A stretch of DNA of 63,987 bases, the filler included, from Catajapyx aquilonaris (Eukaryota): the NCBI GenBank assembly GCA_000934665.2. It is 3 parts of 3 records of this genome, joined end to end, with 100 filler letters (N's around TTAATTAATTAA, not from the genome) between each part and the next. Parts side by side here need not be neighbours in the genome. Positions count along the whole stretch, not along the records: positions 1 to 21,534 come from JYFJ02006025.1; 2 more parts are not named here. One strand, 5' to 3'. Below the pieces are notes generated by a model. It ran no database searches. It worked only from the letters and a program-made list of their open reading frames with translations, and had not been told where the DNA came from. Numbering within the stretch: the stretch's first letter is position 1; the number at the start of each line of letters is the position of its first letter. This document shows, in pieces, positions 1-13,404 of this stretch. The translations under genes were made by a program, and so were the position numbers.

Positions 1-115
1 TAAAATACGGGCAATGTCTGTACCCTTTTGTTGTAACGTTGAAACAACGTAAATAGCTGAAAATAGCTAAGTTTCGCCCCGATCGTAACAATATCATGCA
101 TTACTCTTTCTACAG

Positions 116-3100
116 GAAATCCTCTGGGAACAGTGATTGCAATGCTGACCAGCGGTCAGATGATAGCCAGTGGGTTCTTAGGTGGATGGCCTTCTGTATT
201 TTACGTGTTCGGATTCATTGGCATGGTTTGGTTTGCCCTCTGGTGCTACCTGGTTTATGATTCACCTGCAGTGCATCCTCGTATTTCGGAGGAAGAGCGA
301 GCTTACATACAAAACTCAATTGCACTCGAGGACAAAGACAAAGAGGTGCCGTGAAGTCGTGTAATTGATACTTACAGCTTGTTTCCATCAAACCTGATTG
401 AGAGACATTTGCTTGTAGGTCCCGCCCATACCATGGAAGTCAATTCTCTCATCATGGCAACTCTGGGTGATCCTAATAGCTCAAACTGGCAACGGTTGGG
501 GACTTTACACATTACTTACTGAACTTCCAACGTACATGAAAACCATTCTACACTTTGATATCTCGCAGGTACGTATTTGGAACTAGCAAATGTGCCTTAT
601 TTTTTAAAAAAAACATCATTTACAGAATAGTGCATTGTCCGCGTTGCCTTATATGGTTATGTTCCTGGTTTCCCAAATTTCAACGTGGTTAGCCGATTAT
701 ATACGTAATAAGGGATACCTAAGTACAGCAAATACTAGGAAAACTTTCAACACCATAGGTAAGTAGGCTTCCGATTCTCAAACATTTCATACCATACCCA
801 TATGGCTGATGCTGCACCATTGTAGCATGGCATTGTAACATGGCGAATAGGTGTAAGTCACAATTTTTATGAATAAATCTGAATAATTTCAATCACCCAT
901 ACAAGTGTATAAACTCATTTCGTATAATGTATGGTTTTGATTTTGGAATCGAAGTCATTACTGCCTCTTAATATCACGCTATTACATGTGAAATAATATT
1001 TCATTACGACACAATATGACAAATATAATAATGATTATTTTTCAGCCCACTGGACACCTGCAGTTGCTCTTATAGGAGCAGGATACACAGGATGCGACAA
1101 AACAGCCACTGTTGCTCTATTGACCATTGCAGTTGGAAGCAGCGGAGCCGTTTACGCCGCTTCCCAGATTAGTCATTTGGACCTGTCTCCAAACTACTCA
1201 GGTGTCATGATGGGCATAACAAATGGACTGTCCAATATCACAGGATTTCTTGCACCCGCAGCAGTGGGACTACTTACCAAGGATGTAAATAACTTCACAT
1301 TATTTATCTCATCGGTCAACACTCGTCACCCGCTTGCACATCGACAAAAAAATTATACTGCTTGAAAGTTATAAGGCTAGCTATAAGACCTCTCAATGGT
1401 GACGTCACGCGTCAAGCTCTGGATATATAGTATACCCTATTTTAGTTGTAAGGTTGCGCAAATTCTGAAACGCCTGTCAAATGTAGGCCTAACACAAAAA
1501 TTGGCTCCTTTTTGACCAAATAATGGGCGCAAAAATCTTACACCGGCAGAGAATTTTAGGTAGGAAATAAGATAGTAATGTTGTTGTTCTCCTGATCTCT
1601 AGTTTCCAAAAGTACGTGTACTCAATTGCGTCATACTTTTCTAGTACCTGCAGTTCATAGGAGCACGGGTGAAATACAAGTACAAGACCCCAGCCACCCC
1701 TGGCAGAGGTCAAGGCTGTCCTTGACTTATTACTTAAAAAATTATAACCGCTAGCGCAGTGGCCAGATTGGCTCTGTAAACTATTCCTCACCCTGTTCGT
1801 CCTTCTCATGGTACAGTACAGGTAAGTTACTTCTGTAGATGCTAATTTCCACAATGCCAATAATATTAGTAAAGTGCAATAAGCCGTCAGACCGATCAAA
1901 GGCACCGTCGACATTCACGCTTAATAATTAATGACAATTATGTTTAATTTCATTTTTATAATACTGCCCTTGCAGTAATATTGAATAATATATTATTCAG
2001 AGGTAGACGGTTCACTTCCAATCCGAAATAAAAGTAGCTTAGACACTTTCCCTTTTTGGTTATGTGGCCCTCGACTGGCAAATCCTAAAAAGTGTCAAAG
2101 TGGCGGAGTCCGAGGTCAGGCTGGAGGTCAATCAGGTGGGTGGTCACGAAACTTAAACTACTCTCCGATTCACATAAGAGTGAACCTTTTTCGATATACG
2201 CCCGAGGGGTCGGTGAACCGCCCGAAAATGCCCAACATGCCGGGCCCTACCACTCTTCACAACAAAAATGTGCAGTTTCTGTAGCGCTGCAGCTACCTCA
2301 TGGGCTGCCCATGATAATTAGACATTCGAATTACATGTAAAGTACCAGCACTGTATCTTCGAGAAAGCCTGAGATACCGGGGACCGCCGCTCCGGGGACT
2401 AATAATATTGCGGCGCAGCGGCTCACCGACCCCTCGGGCGTATGGATATCCAAAAAGGTTCACACTTATGTGATTCGGAGTGTACTCTGGTGCTCTGCAT
2501 ATAGGTTAAAAATCGAATTCCATACAGTTCTTTGCTAAGGTTTAACCCAATTCTGATATAATGCAACTTTCAGTTTTTGCGCCTTCGCAATTTCCTTACA
2601 GCGCGACCGTAGACGGAGACATAGGGCTATTATTTTGTGTTCAAACTGGACAATCACAGCTGCTTTCTTGGGTATTTACAGGCCACCTTGGAGAGTTGGA
2701 GGATAGTATTCTACATTGCTGCAGGCATGTATTTTGTAGACAACTTGGTCTACATCATCTTTATTTCTGGTGATGAGCAGCCTTGGAATTGGCCGCAAAA
2801 CATGGAAAAACCATCTCTCAAAATTGCAACAGGTGAGTGTCAATGTTACGTATTAGAGAATATACTCACTGTCAGTAGATATGCACAGGCACTTCCCGTA
2901 CGACAAGTGACAGTACCTCTGTGTATAGAGAGGCGTTCACGATGACGTAAGCGAACTCCGGTTCACTCTGCACCATGACTGAGACGAGAGGACACGTGAT
3001 CGTCATTTCGATCATACCTCCAGTCTATCTTCTCTTTTAGTGTTTAGCACGTCGGTTTAGCACCTATGGACTTGATGCAAATATTTGGATTTACAATTTT

Positions 3101-3190
3101 CCATCTTTAGTTTCAGATGCAGTTTCTTCGGAAGAAGTTAAGGAAAATGGATATAAACATGAGCCTATCATCTATACGGTTTCAGACTAG
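116..3190 (+). CDS. SLC17 family MFS anion transporter (sialin/Picot-like), paralog 1, 5'-partial
   Basis: Phase-consistent GT-AG exons read by hand: 116-345, 419-568, 626-758, 1046-1284, 2682-2832, 3111-3190 (TAG). SLC17 motifs: GGWPSVFYVFG, YDSPAVHPRISEEE, IPWKSIL, WGLYTLLTELPTYM, SALPY, HLDLSPNYSGVMMGITN, WRIVFYIAA, GDEQPWN. Confidence 0.93.
2161..2482. mobile_element. TA-flanked MITE (Tc1/mariner-type)
   Basis: Imperfect ~60-bp TIRs CTCTCCGATTCACATAAGAGTGAACCTTTT.. / ..AAAAGGTTCACACTTATGTGATTCGGAGTG, with TA on both sides. Confidence 0.7.
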
Positions 3191-5018
3191 CGTGCGTTTT
3201 GTTGTAGCATAAAATATACTGTATTTGGAAAATTGTTATTGGACGACTAGCACTTTATTGATGCACGTGAACATTACTTCTTGTCGTTCATGAAACAGAG
3301 AACTTGTAAAAGTGAAATGAGTTTTATTGTACGCCTAAAATAATTTGAGGCCATCAAAGTACACAATATGTGACTAACTTACATACATTGTGCAGTTTAG
3401 CATGAAAGTGCACAGTAATCACAAGGTCAGACTTGTCCACTCATGTTAATATATAAGTTAATATATAGTTTTACACATGTACTACAGTGTACAGTAGAGG
3501 TGAGCACAAGGCTACTGCAATACTGCTATCCGAGAGCCACTGTAGTCAATAATGTTATGTATATGGTCAAGTTGTAAAAGGGAATAAATATGTTTGTTGA
3601 AAAACTCAAAATACTGTGTAAAGCCATAGCAAGTTTTGATTCACATATATAATTATAGAAGATAGAAAACACAGAAGATGAGCGCATATAAAATCCGTCG
3701 AATCCATTCTTTTCCACAAAAATGTCAACCGGAAATTCCACTCCCTCCAGACTGTCGACAATCCCATTTTCTGCGAAGTGTTATTGTGGAACAATGAACA
3801 ATGCCAGAAGTTCCGCGCAATATTATGCTGCTGGTAAACAACGTCAAAGCATGCCAGTTTGTCAACAAGGCAAGAAATGACTGAGACACATTCCCCTTTT
3901 CCGAACCTAGCAGTGCCTGTCATCAAAGTTGACATTTCTCCAACCCTACAACTCTGTAGCCTCTACTATTCTATTTTTCGCAAGTGTGATGAAATATTCA
4001 AAAGCTCCTATTGAACGGAGAAGGAATGCACCTAGGGTGGGGGGGGGGGGTAGAGGGGCGGTCTCGAGGTTGACCATATATGAATCGGCACGTGTGGAAT
4101 ATGTGAAGGAATATTATACTTTTATCAGCGCATTTATTATTGTTCCTGAGTGCAACCCGGTTCCGAGGACTGTGTTTATCGCCAACTGAGGCGTTATCCG
4201 ATCGCGACATGTGAAACCTCACCCCTCCTGGGTTGGATTCCTAGTAGCGACCTCGATTGCTTCGGATCCGCAGGTGGTCAAGAGCAAGGCCCAGTTTATG
4301 CCCAAGTCATTTGAAACATCTGGGGTCAGCAATGGTGGGCAACGGTGCGGGATGCGATTTGGGCAAGTCGGACTCGGAGGAAGCGATGGTGACACAAGGT
4401 GACATTGCCCAGCCAAGTAAGTCGTTTTTGTAGCCAAGTTTGTAGACACTTTGACTATCGCTTATTGGGTAGGAGTGGACTGTGAACCTTTTATCGAGAA
4501 GGGACAGCCCTGGTATTCCCGCACACACGTGGACCTTCGCACGGAAGCGTGATTACATGCTAGTTTAGTTAAGGGCATGGTACATTATAAGTGTGCAATT
4601 GGAGTTCTCATCATGATTATGACACCATGTGGCCACGCAGCATGCGGTCGTTCGGTTCAAGATCAGGGCCGCGTTTTCATTCAACCGGCGGCTCCTCCAA
4701 AGCTCTCTGGAATGATCGATATCATATGGAATGGGATTCAATAATATATGCAGTTTAGACGCTGGCTGTTGTGGTGACGTGTTATAGTCTAACCGTGTTT
4801 TAGGCACAAAAATGTCGAATTAATATAAGTTGGCTTTGTCAAATTATTTTACATTTGTTTTGCCTGTGGGCATTAAATTACAATGTGGATGGAAATTAAG
4901 TTTGGATTAGTTACCATTGAGTGTAGAGGAATAATGTTTTTGTACAGGTATCCTGGACTGCACACGGAACATCCCTGTTTGACTAATTATGTGTCAATGG
5001 CAACATAATAAAAACTCA

Positions 5019-5120
5019 ATTGTCATCGCACACTGTAGCTATAGCTACAGTGGGCGATGACAATGACTTAAAATGACAATAACTTAAAATGACAATGACT
5101 TAAAATGACAATGACTTAAA
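5019..5120. repeat. 46-bp palindrome overlapping a 4x 16-bp tandem repeat
   Basis: ATTGTCATCGCACACTGTAGCTATAGCTACAGTGGGCGATGACAAT (one mismatch), then (ATGACAATRACTTAAA)x4 at 5057-5120. Confidence 0.85.
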
Positions 5121-5311
5121 AATTATATAGAAGAAAATGTGTCGTGTATTCACAGAGTTGTATTCTGGGAGCGATTACAGTCATGTACAGTACATGATTG
5201 TGTTACATTGTGGCTTGAATGAAAATAAAATAAAATTTAAGAGATACCCTACTATAAGCCGAAGAGGGGGTCGCTGACAATCCTGAGGTGTACCAGGGAA
5301 TAAGGCATTAA

Positions 5312-6181
5312 GAGGGCCGGGTCACTAGGTTTCCCGCCACTTTCTGGGCGGCAGCAAGCGAAAATCGGGTGCTCGGACTCGTCTTCGTTCGACGAATCCT
5401 GGCGCGCTGTTAGAGATACGGACACGCGGTTTTTTGTATCGTCCGGAGAAAGAGCTGGCGCTTGTTCCGGTCGTGGATCGGTTCTAATCGGCCAATTAGT
5501 AATCGATCGGAGATGGGAAATGCGTTTGGGAATTGACGTCACAGGGGCGTCGCAACGGAGCCGGCCATTTGAATTTGGCGTCTTGGAATGTGTAACCCCC
5601 CCNCCCCCGCACTAACCCCGAAACCAGGTCTGCCGATCGGAGGGAGAAAGGCAACAGCGCCGTCGGCAAGGGTTGCCAATCCCCCCCACTGCCGACAAGG
5701 GGAGCCAATTCAGATACAAGCTGCCCGTATGACCCGTCATTGTTATATACAATAATGGGTAATCAATAAACAACATATAGAATGATAGAGCCTGGCAACC
5801 GCCCTTGCCGGCGGCGGCGCTGTTGCCTTTCTCCATATGTGCCACGAAAACTACCCAAATGACTCCAAAATCAGTCGGCACGGAGATCAGCGGGGGGGTT
5901 ACACATTCTAGGACGCCAAATTCAAATGGCCGGCTCCGTTGCGACGCCCCTGTGACGTCAATTCCCAAACGCATTTCCCATCTCCGATCGATTACTAATT
6001 GGCCGATTAGAACCGATCCACGACCGGAACAAGCGCCAGCTCTTTCTCCGGACGATACAAAAACCGCGTGTCCGCATCTCTAACAGCGCGCGAGGATTTG
6101 TCGAACGAAGACGAGTCAGCGCACCCGATTTTCGCTCGATGCCGCCCAGAAAGTGGCGGGAAACGTAATGACCCGGCCCTC
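5312..6181. mobile_element. Non-autonomous DNA transposon with ~290-bp TIRs and TTAA TSD (Kolobok-like)
   Basis: TTAA|GAGGGCCGGGTCA ... TGACCCGGCCCTC|TTAA; arms 5312-~5602 and ~5892-6181 are near-perfect reverse complements. RR..YY ends with a TTAA TSD fit Kolobok rather than piggyBac. Confidence 0.8.
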
Positions 6182-6942
6182 TTAATAGTCACATGGAATT
6201 TTTGTAATCTCTCACCAACCTTGCCAACGGACTGTTAAAAAATCAAGTGCAAATAAAGTAGGCTACTTTTAACTGATGAGCATAATTTTATCTATAAGTT
6301 GACTACTGCAGGACTTAACCGAATTCGCCAGAAGTAGTAATCCGGGCAAAATAAAATCCCCTGTGAGTTTTTCTGGTGTGTTAATTTCACAATAGTACAT
6401 TGCAAGTGGCTCATTGGCCTTGCCTACTGGTTACATAATTATTCAGCAGCCATGGTAATATTATACGGTACTCGTTAGTCGATACCTGTGACCAATATCA
6501 CAAACTTATTAGGTACTGGTGTAATGGGGAGATATGGTGATGTAATCTCCATCGTAGCAATCTAAGTATCCTACATACAGGGTGACTCAGAAGTCCAAGT
6601 CAATCTTCCGCCAAAATAATAATTAAGTTATACTCGTTGGCACAATAATCTGAATAAGCTTCAAATGTATGGATGAGAAAATAATATCGAAAACCCAATC
6701 ATTCACGACACGACACGACATAGACTACGATGGCCAAAAATCATGAATCGGACTAGGTTCGGGAGCCTATTTCGTACGTACGGCACCTAGTCCATAAAAT
6801 AATATTGGAAGAAAATTTTTATCATCATAGGACAATCTAGGCCTCTAGGGCTAGGGGCATTTGAAACTTGAAAAAAATGCACAGTCGCGCTCAGCAACCC
6901 TTATTTCTATTGCTAACTTTTCCTTTTATATCAAGTACAGTA

Positions 6943-7357
6943 CAGTGAAATACCGATAACTCGAACCACCATGGGACCGAGAAAAAAATTTGACTTATCT
7001 AATATGGTCGGGACAACAGCACCAGAACAGCACCAGCACAAATTAAACACCTACAGTATACGTCTCGCTACTGGGACACGACTGCAAGTGACCTCTAGAC
7101 GACTGTAGACTACCACGTGTTTGCCCAACTCTTGGAAATTCCCCGGTGTTGACAAAATTCGTCACAAAATTCGACTTATTAATAGAGAAAGTGCTGCGGA
7201 GTTCACAAAATAATTATATTAGACTTATCGAGAAAATAGAGTTATACAAATTCGACTTATCGGAATTCAATTTGCATTAATTACATATATGGAGAATCCG
7301 CCAAGTTCAAGATTTTCTTCGACTTATCGAGAATTTCGAGTTATCGGGATTTAACTG
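6943..7357. mobile_element. pogo/Tigger-type MITE
   Basis: TA|CAGTGAAATACCGATAACTCGAA ... TTCGAGTTATCGGGATTTAACTG|TA, with repeated internal TTCGACTTATC subterminal motifs. Confidence 0.75.
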
Positions 7358-7949
7358 TACTAGACATCATTTAGCATCTATGCACAGGAAGTATTAAAGA
7401 GTAATAAGCGAACAGGAGCCACAGAATACTGTGTCTGTATACCTACTTTACGTGAAGTTCCTTTTCATCTGCAGGCCTATGTCATTTCCATCCTGCTACA
7501 TGCGGTGTAGAGACATTTACAAACGACGTCTTTTCCCAATGCAGCATGGAAAATGAACATCAGACTAAAATAATGATTAGAGTAACTTCTAACTTGCGAT
7601 ACTTTTTAATACAGTTCGATTAATATAGTGTAGTTACAGCTCTAATACAGTTCGATTACCAGCCTCCGTATGTAAGGGAACTGGTCCATACTTCTCAAGT
7701 TCACCACCGATCTGAATTAAAGTGCCTAATTTTTCTTAGATGAAAAAAAAACATCGGCAGTTAGGCGTAGCTCCTGTTTAGAATATTTTATTTTCAACCA
7801 AAACAATAATATTATTAGTTCAGTTTCTGCGACATTTTTGTGCTAAAAATGTGGGGTGGAATATTTTCGTCCAACTGCTAACATATACCGTACATAGCAG
7901 CCTGCTACTGCTATTCAGGATTCTTCCATAAGCTTTTTCATGGGTAACC

Positions 7950-10900
7950 ATGGTTATCAGTAAGTTGTTGACAGTGGCAGGTATGCAGCAGCTGCTAGCA
8001 GTGCGCTCGCACAGTGTAGTGGCAAGAAAATTCCACCCATGGAGCTTAAAATTTCAACAGATGGTTGTAGATGTTTCAACAGTTCATTTATACAGTACTT
8101 GTGTATCTCACACCAGTAATGTTGTAATCAGGGTGTAATATTCTATTTGAACTGCATTTATTACTCATTAATTCCTCTGCAGGTTGCTTCGGCTGTCGAC
8201 ATGTCATAGCGATCTTGTCCTTTCTGGGGCATACTGTGGCTTATACAATGAGGGTCAGCACTGCCATTGCCATAGTACCCATGACCACTGGCACTCATAA
8301 TAAGACTTTCTCCCCTAACTCGTCTTTTGCCAGCTCAACCGAATCCACTGCCACGTATGATGAGGTATTGTACACGGGTTTATTTAGCGCGCGAAATTTA
8401 CCGATTTTATTTTGGATAATTACATCATAAAATGCTATAGGTAAAAGTCAAAAGTTAATGTGCGACTTCTTTTGACAGGCCGCCGAGTTTGACTGGAATT
8501 CGACAGATAAAGGTATTATTCTTGGTGCTTTTTCCTTTGGATTCTTGGCTGCTCAAATTCCTGGAGGCTTGCTAACTACTCGATGGGGAAACAAGTGGCC
8601 ACTAGGATTAGGGCTTCTCCTTTCATCGCTCCTCAGCATTATTACGCCACCACTTGTTAGAAGCGGTGGAATGTATGCCTTCACTTCCATTCGCGTAGTA
8701 CAAGGTTTAGGGGAGGTAAGCACTTATGATTATAGTATTAGCGTAGTAAGTAAGCTGCCATAAAAGAACGAGGTTCCCACTGTTCCTTTTTGAAAGAAAT
8801 GTCACACATTCAGCAGTATCGGGAAATCTTTCAAATAGCTCTTGACTATTATTATGTGGAAATTCAGATGTCAATGTGAAAGTTAATTAATTAACTGATG
8901 CAACTGAAGTATTGTCGATAAGAAATGCAGTCACTTTGTCTGACCTTTGCATCAACTTGTGCAGTAACTTTATATTATGTCGCTGTGTCTGGTTGATTAT
9001 TATCAAATTGACTCCCCTCGTGTCAATCAGGCGGAAGATCATGCCAGATAAAATATTTTTTGAGTATAGAGTTATTATTTTGTACTGTGGTAACAAAATA
9101 ATGGTAGTGGGCTGATTTAGGCAGCGAATTGGGCCACTATACAAGGGCATACATAATGTGTGGAAGGGTGGTTCGAAAGATACACACTTGCTCTTGGCAA
9201 AATCCTAAGACGAAATGACCCTGATTTTGGTGATTGTGTTACGAGATCTCAGTAATTCTCGTGACGTCACCCATATGGAGTGTTAATATCTCGGTTAATA
9301 TCATATTGGTCAGGTCACCAGGCAAACGTTACAAGAGGGTAAAGTCACAAGAATTGATATGCAATTTTCTCCGGCATATATAGCCGAAATCGACAAAATC
9401 AACTAGGATCATTTCGCATTATAGAAAATAGCAAGGGAAGGGACTATAATTTTATTATGGCAGAGAGGAAGTGTGCACATTTCGCAACATCCTGCATATC
9501 ATACGTGTGCCCGTAGACTATATGTTTTTTTTCCGCAGCATAAAGTAATAGCTGCATGATTTATGTCCTGTGCTTCCTTGCAGGGAATCATGATGCCAAC
9601 ATCAGGGTCACTGATGGCAAAATGGCTTCCACCATTTGAACGAAGCAAGTGGGGTGGATGGGTTGGTGCAGGTAGGAGACTATGAGTGATTTAGTTTGGT
9701 TTTTTATTAACAGAATAATATTTTTGATTCATTTCTTTCATGAACAGCTAACTGGCAAGACTGTATTTAACATGGGCAAATTTTGAGATGCAGGATTAAT
9801 ACCTGTATACTGTATAGAGATCTACTATATTTTATTTGGGTTAGTGCATCGCTCATTTTTAATGGGCATCTGGCACAGTACCTTTATTGCTTTTAAAGGT
9901 GCACAAGCTTTTTGTCGGTCCTTTTCCGTAACGCCCGGGTACAGCGAGCGAGGGAAGAGTGACTGGGAGGGGATGTGCAAAGTGCAAGTGCAATGTCTCA
10001 AATGGTATATATACCCGGGCAACGCCGGGTAACCGTTAGTGCTAGTTATTATTAAGTGCTGCATTCTGCCAAAGTACCGTAAATGAAATGCAATTTGTCG
10101 ATATGTACCACTTATGGTACTGCCTCCGTTCAATAAAAATGATACACCGTGCACAGCTGAACACATAGGGTATCACTATACCATGCATAATTTATTGCTT
10201 TCGTCTTTGGCTGCGCCATTGCGAGGGATTCCTTCACTAACGGGTGCTTGAATAATAAGAGGTATCAAAAATTGAAGTATGTTAAAAGCTACAGTATTTA
10301 AATAATTATGGATTTGTGATAAACGTGATATGTTATGCGATGACATACCTCGATGAGTATGGTCCTTTTAAATATTTATCCGCGTAAGGCATCTAACATC
10401 CATGCCCTTATCTGACTGCCACCCACTATACGGACAGCCTCCAAAATAACTTAGGAGGATAAGCTCGTTAAGACGTGTAAGTGTCATATGCAATGTTTTC
10501 GACGCAAAAGTTGTAGTCTACCTCGGAATTTATCATAATTATGCAGAGTGACCCTCAGAGTTTTGCAGAGCCTCTAAGTTATCGCAATGGGGTGTTCGCA
10601 GTGGATTGCATTCACGAAAGACAGTGGATGATCCCTGCGGCTTTTTAAACAAATAATGGGCATTACATACTGTAATGTAGACTGTAGTACACAAGCCAGT
10701 CATATACTACAGAAAAATAGTATAGCATAGCCTCCTTGGCACAAAATTGTTGTGACTTATCGGATGCACTGGAAGCAAATTCAAGAGAAAACAGTGTCGC
10801 CGTGATTGGAGGTAGGCCCTAAATATTGTTGCCGTTTAATAAGCAACTGAATCAGGTAAAAATAATTATTGTTGGTACTACGCGATACAGAAAATTCAAT

Positions 10901-13370
10901 CTATAAGCTGCTGTATTTGTACAGTGTGTAAGAAGAATAAGTAGAGACAATAGGAAATTGCGGAGCAATATCTTATGAACTCATGCTTCAGATGATAGAC
11001 AGTAAACATACCGTTTCAAAAATTGAAGCGCCACTAAAATAATACCATTTTTATTTTACAGGAAGTGCTTTGGGAAGCATGCTTGGCATGTTAGGAGGTG
11101 GGCAGCTGGCTGATCCTCATGGAGGCTGGCCAGCTGTGTTTTATGTCTTTGGAGCCATTGGGGTCATATGGTTCGTATTCTGGGCCTTTCTGGTATTCGA
11201 CTCTCCTCAAACACATCCTCGAATATCACCGGAAGAGAAGCGACACATTGAAATGGCGTTAAGACAACAAGAAGGACAACAGGTGAGTTAGTGTGGCAAT
11301 TGCTTACATTTATACGTAACTTCCGAAGACTCTCTATAGTATTAGGGCATTTATTTTATTTTATTTATTTATTTATTTATTATACCCCATTGGAGGGCTA
11401 GTATTATGGTATAAGATAAGGTATGTGGAGTGGAGGTAAGTGAACAGTTTTTAATATAAAGAGGCAAGTTGTATTTTTTTTTATTTATTATGTACCCCGT
11501 TGTGGGCCCTAAGCCCTATAGGGGGGTGGCTCACCACCATCAGTTTTCTATGTGTATACACACTTTTCTTCGTACACCGGTGCAAGGAGTCAAGGATGTA
11601 GGGTAGGGGAAGGGATTTTTGGGGAGGGAACGTAAGTGCAAGTGCAATGTCAACAACTGGGTCATGTGCTGTCCCCCAGGAGGTTAGGTTGCCAGACACC
11701 TCCTTGGTGCAGGTCAGAGACCCTCCTGACGCAGGCAAGTTGTAACAGTCTATATAAGTTTTCTCTTTTAGTTAATTGACATTTAAATTAGCAGGAAATT
11801 TCTAATAACCAGTTTAATTTGATGCAGAAAGAGAAATTATAGCAAGCTAAGCTAATTATAATTTATAAGTATGCTTTAAAGATGTCAAAGGCTATACTAT
11901 AGTCTATAGATGTAATCATCGTGTATGAGAGGTACACTTCTCCGGGCATTTGGACAGTGCACACTCTGCCCTTCTCATTCAATTCGCAAATGAAAGAGAT
12001 TGAAACCTGTATATGTAGCGCAATCAATTTGTTTCCGCTATATCGGACAATACTAAATATTAGTAAAATATGAAGGCTCATTAACATGTGTTGGAATTGG
12101 TGTATACCAGTCAGTCATTCGGGACGTGCTGGCAGTGCTTGTATCCAAGTAGATGCAGTAAGTCATACAAATAGGGAATGTAGGCCTATGATTTTGAACA
12201 GGTGGGGAAAGATTTTCGGGGCACGAGTTCGCCGGAAACGTCCAGGGTGGGACAATATCGACCGTCCTTCTGACGCACAAGATAATTACCCGGTGTTCAC
12301 ATCCAGGGATAGGCATATCTACAATCAGTATAATTATTACTGTCGCATATGGAATGTGCTATGTACCTCATTCTGTAGACTACTTGCATATGGGAACAAT
12401 GGGAAGGAAGAATGTTATTTGATTGCTTCAGAAGAGAGACCTGACTTTTTAACTTTGTCGTTGTGGGGTAGTGCCAATCCGCTGTAGATTTTGGTATAAG
12501 ATGATGGTAAACGTAGCCTACTTTCTCTACTCTCAAAACAATGAGTCTTCATTGGACTACACCAAATTACCGTCCTCAAGTCGTGAATATCTTATTAACT
12601 CCACAATAACAAAACGGGCCAAAATCCAAGATAGTATTTTCTATTTGTTTAGGTGGCTCTTTCAGACTCATATCAAGTTATATCAGTAGCTAATTTTGAC
12701 ACAAATTCTTTTAGTTTGCACTTTCACCATTTTTACACGTTTAGACCTTGTTCTATTGTACGCGTATCATTCAAGGGAACAAGAGGCTGCGCTTAAGTGC
12801 TTTATTACAAGATGGCTTTTTCCTTGTTAACCTTTGTGATAGTATTGTATAGGCATTGTGTCTTGTTATGATAATTAAATCATTATTGTTGCTAATTTGT
12901 AATTTCATATCTCATGAATGTTTTGAGAGCAATTGCAAAATTTACACTCAGAACAAAGAGGCATTCTAGCAATGAACTTTTTAATTTTAAAAAAGCAGTT
13001 TTACCCCGTGATGTCCTTTACGGGGATCTATAGGGGGGTGGCACACCACCATTAGTTTTCTATATATTTTCCAGCTTCTTTCTCCGGTGCAAGGAAACAG
13101 GGACATTGGGAAAGGATAGGGATTGTTTGGGAGGGGACACTTGTACAGGTGCAATGTCATGAAGCCTTTGGGCCATGTGCAGTCCCCCAGGAGGTTAGGT
13201 TGCCAGACACCGACAAGGTGCAGGTCAGAGACCCTCCCGACGCAGGTGAAAGGAAAGTTCCCCAGGCGGGGATCGAACCTGGGGCCTTTCACACAGCAAG
13301 CCGTGACGTTACCATCTCGGCCACCACACCTCCCCTGAACTTTTGAAATTGGCACTGGAATATACCATTC

Positions 13371-13404
<34 letters not shown>

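Noticed and set aside
4200..4810. Gypsy LTR retrotransposon remnant on minus (TGGTGTCA PBS-like, ALLLTTCGSEA gag-like)
   Set aside because: Only two short motifs, with no paired LTRs or pol remnants; too weak to call.
5057..5120. CRISPR-like array
   Set aside because: Direct tandem units without spacers, no cas genes, eukaryotic context.
13255..13337. tRNA genes (also ~35460-35539, 16348-16425, 27817-27890, 60735-60801)
   Set aside because: A/B boxes are fused to repeated bodies and tails, most with TSDs; these are SINE heads.
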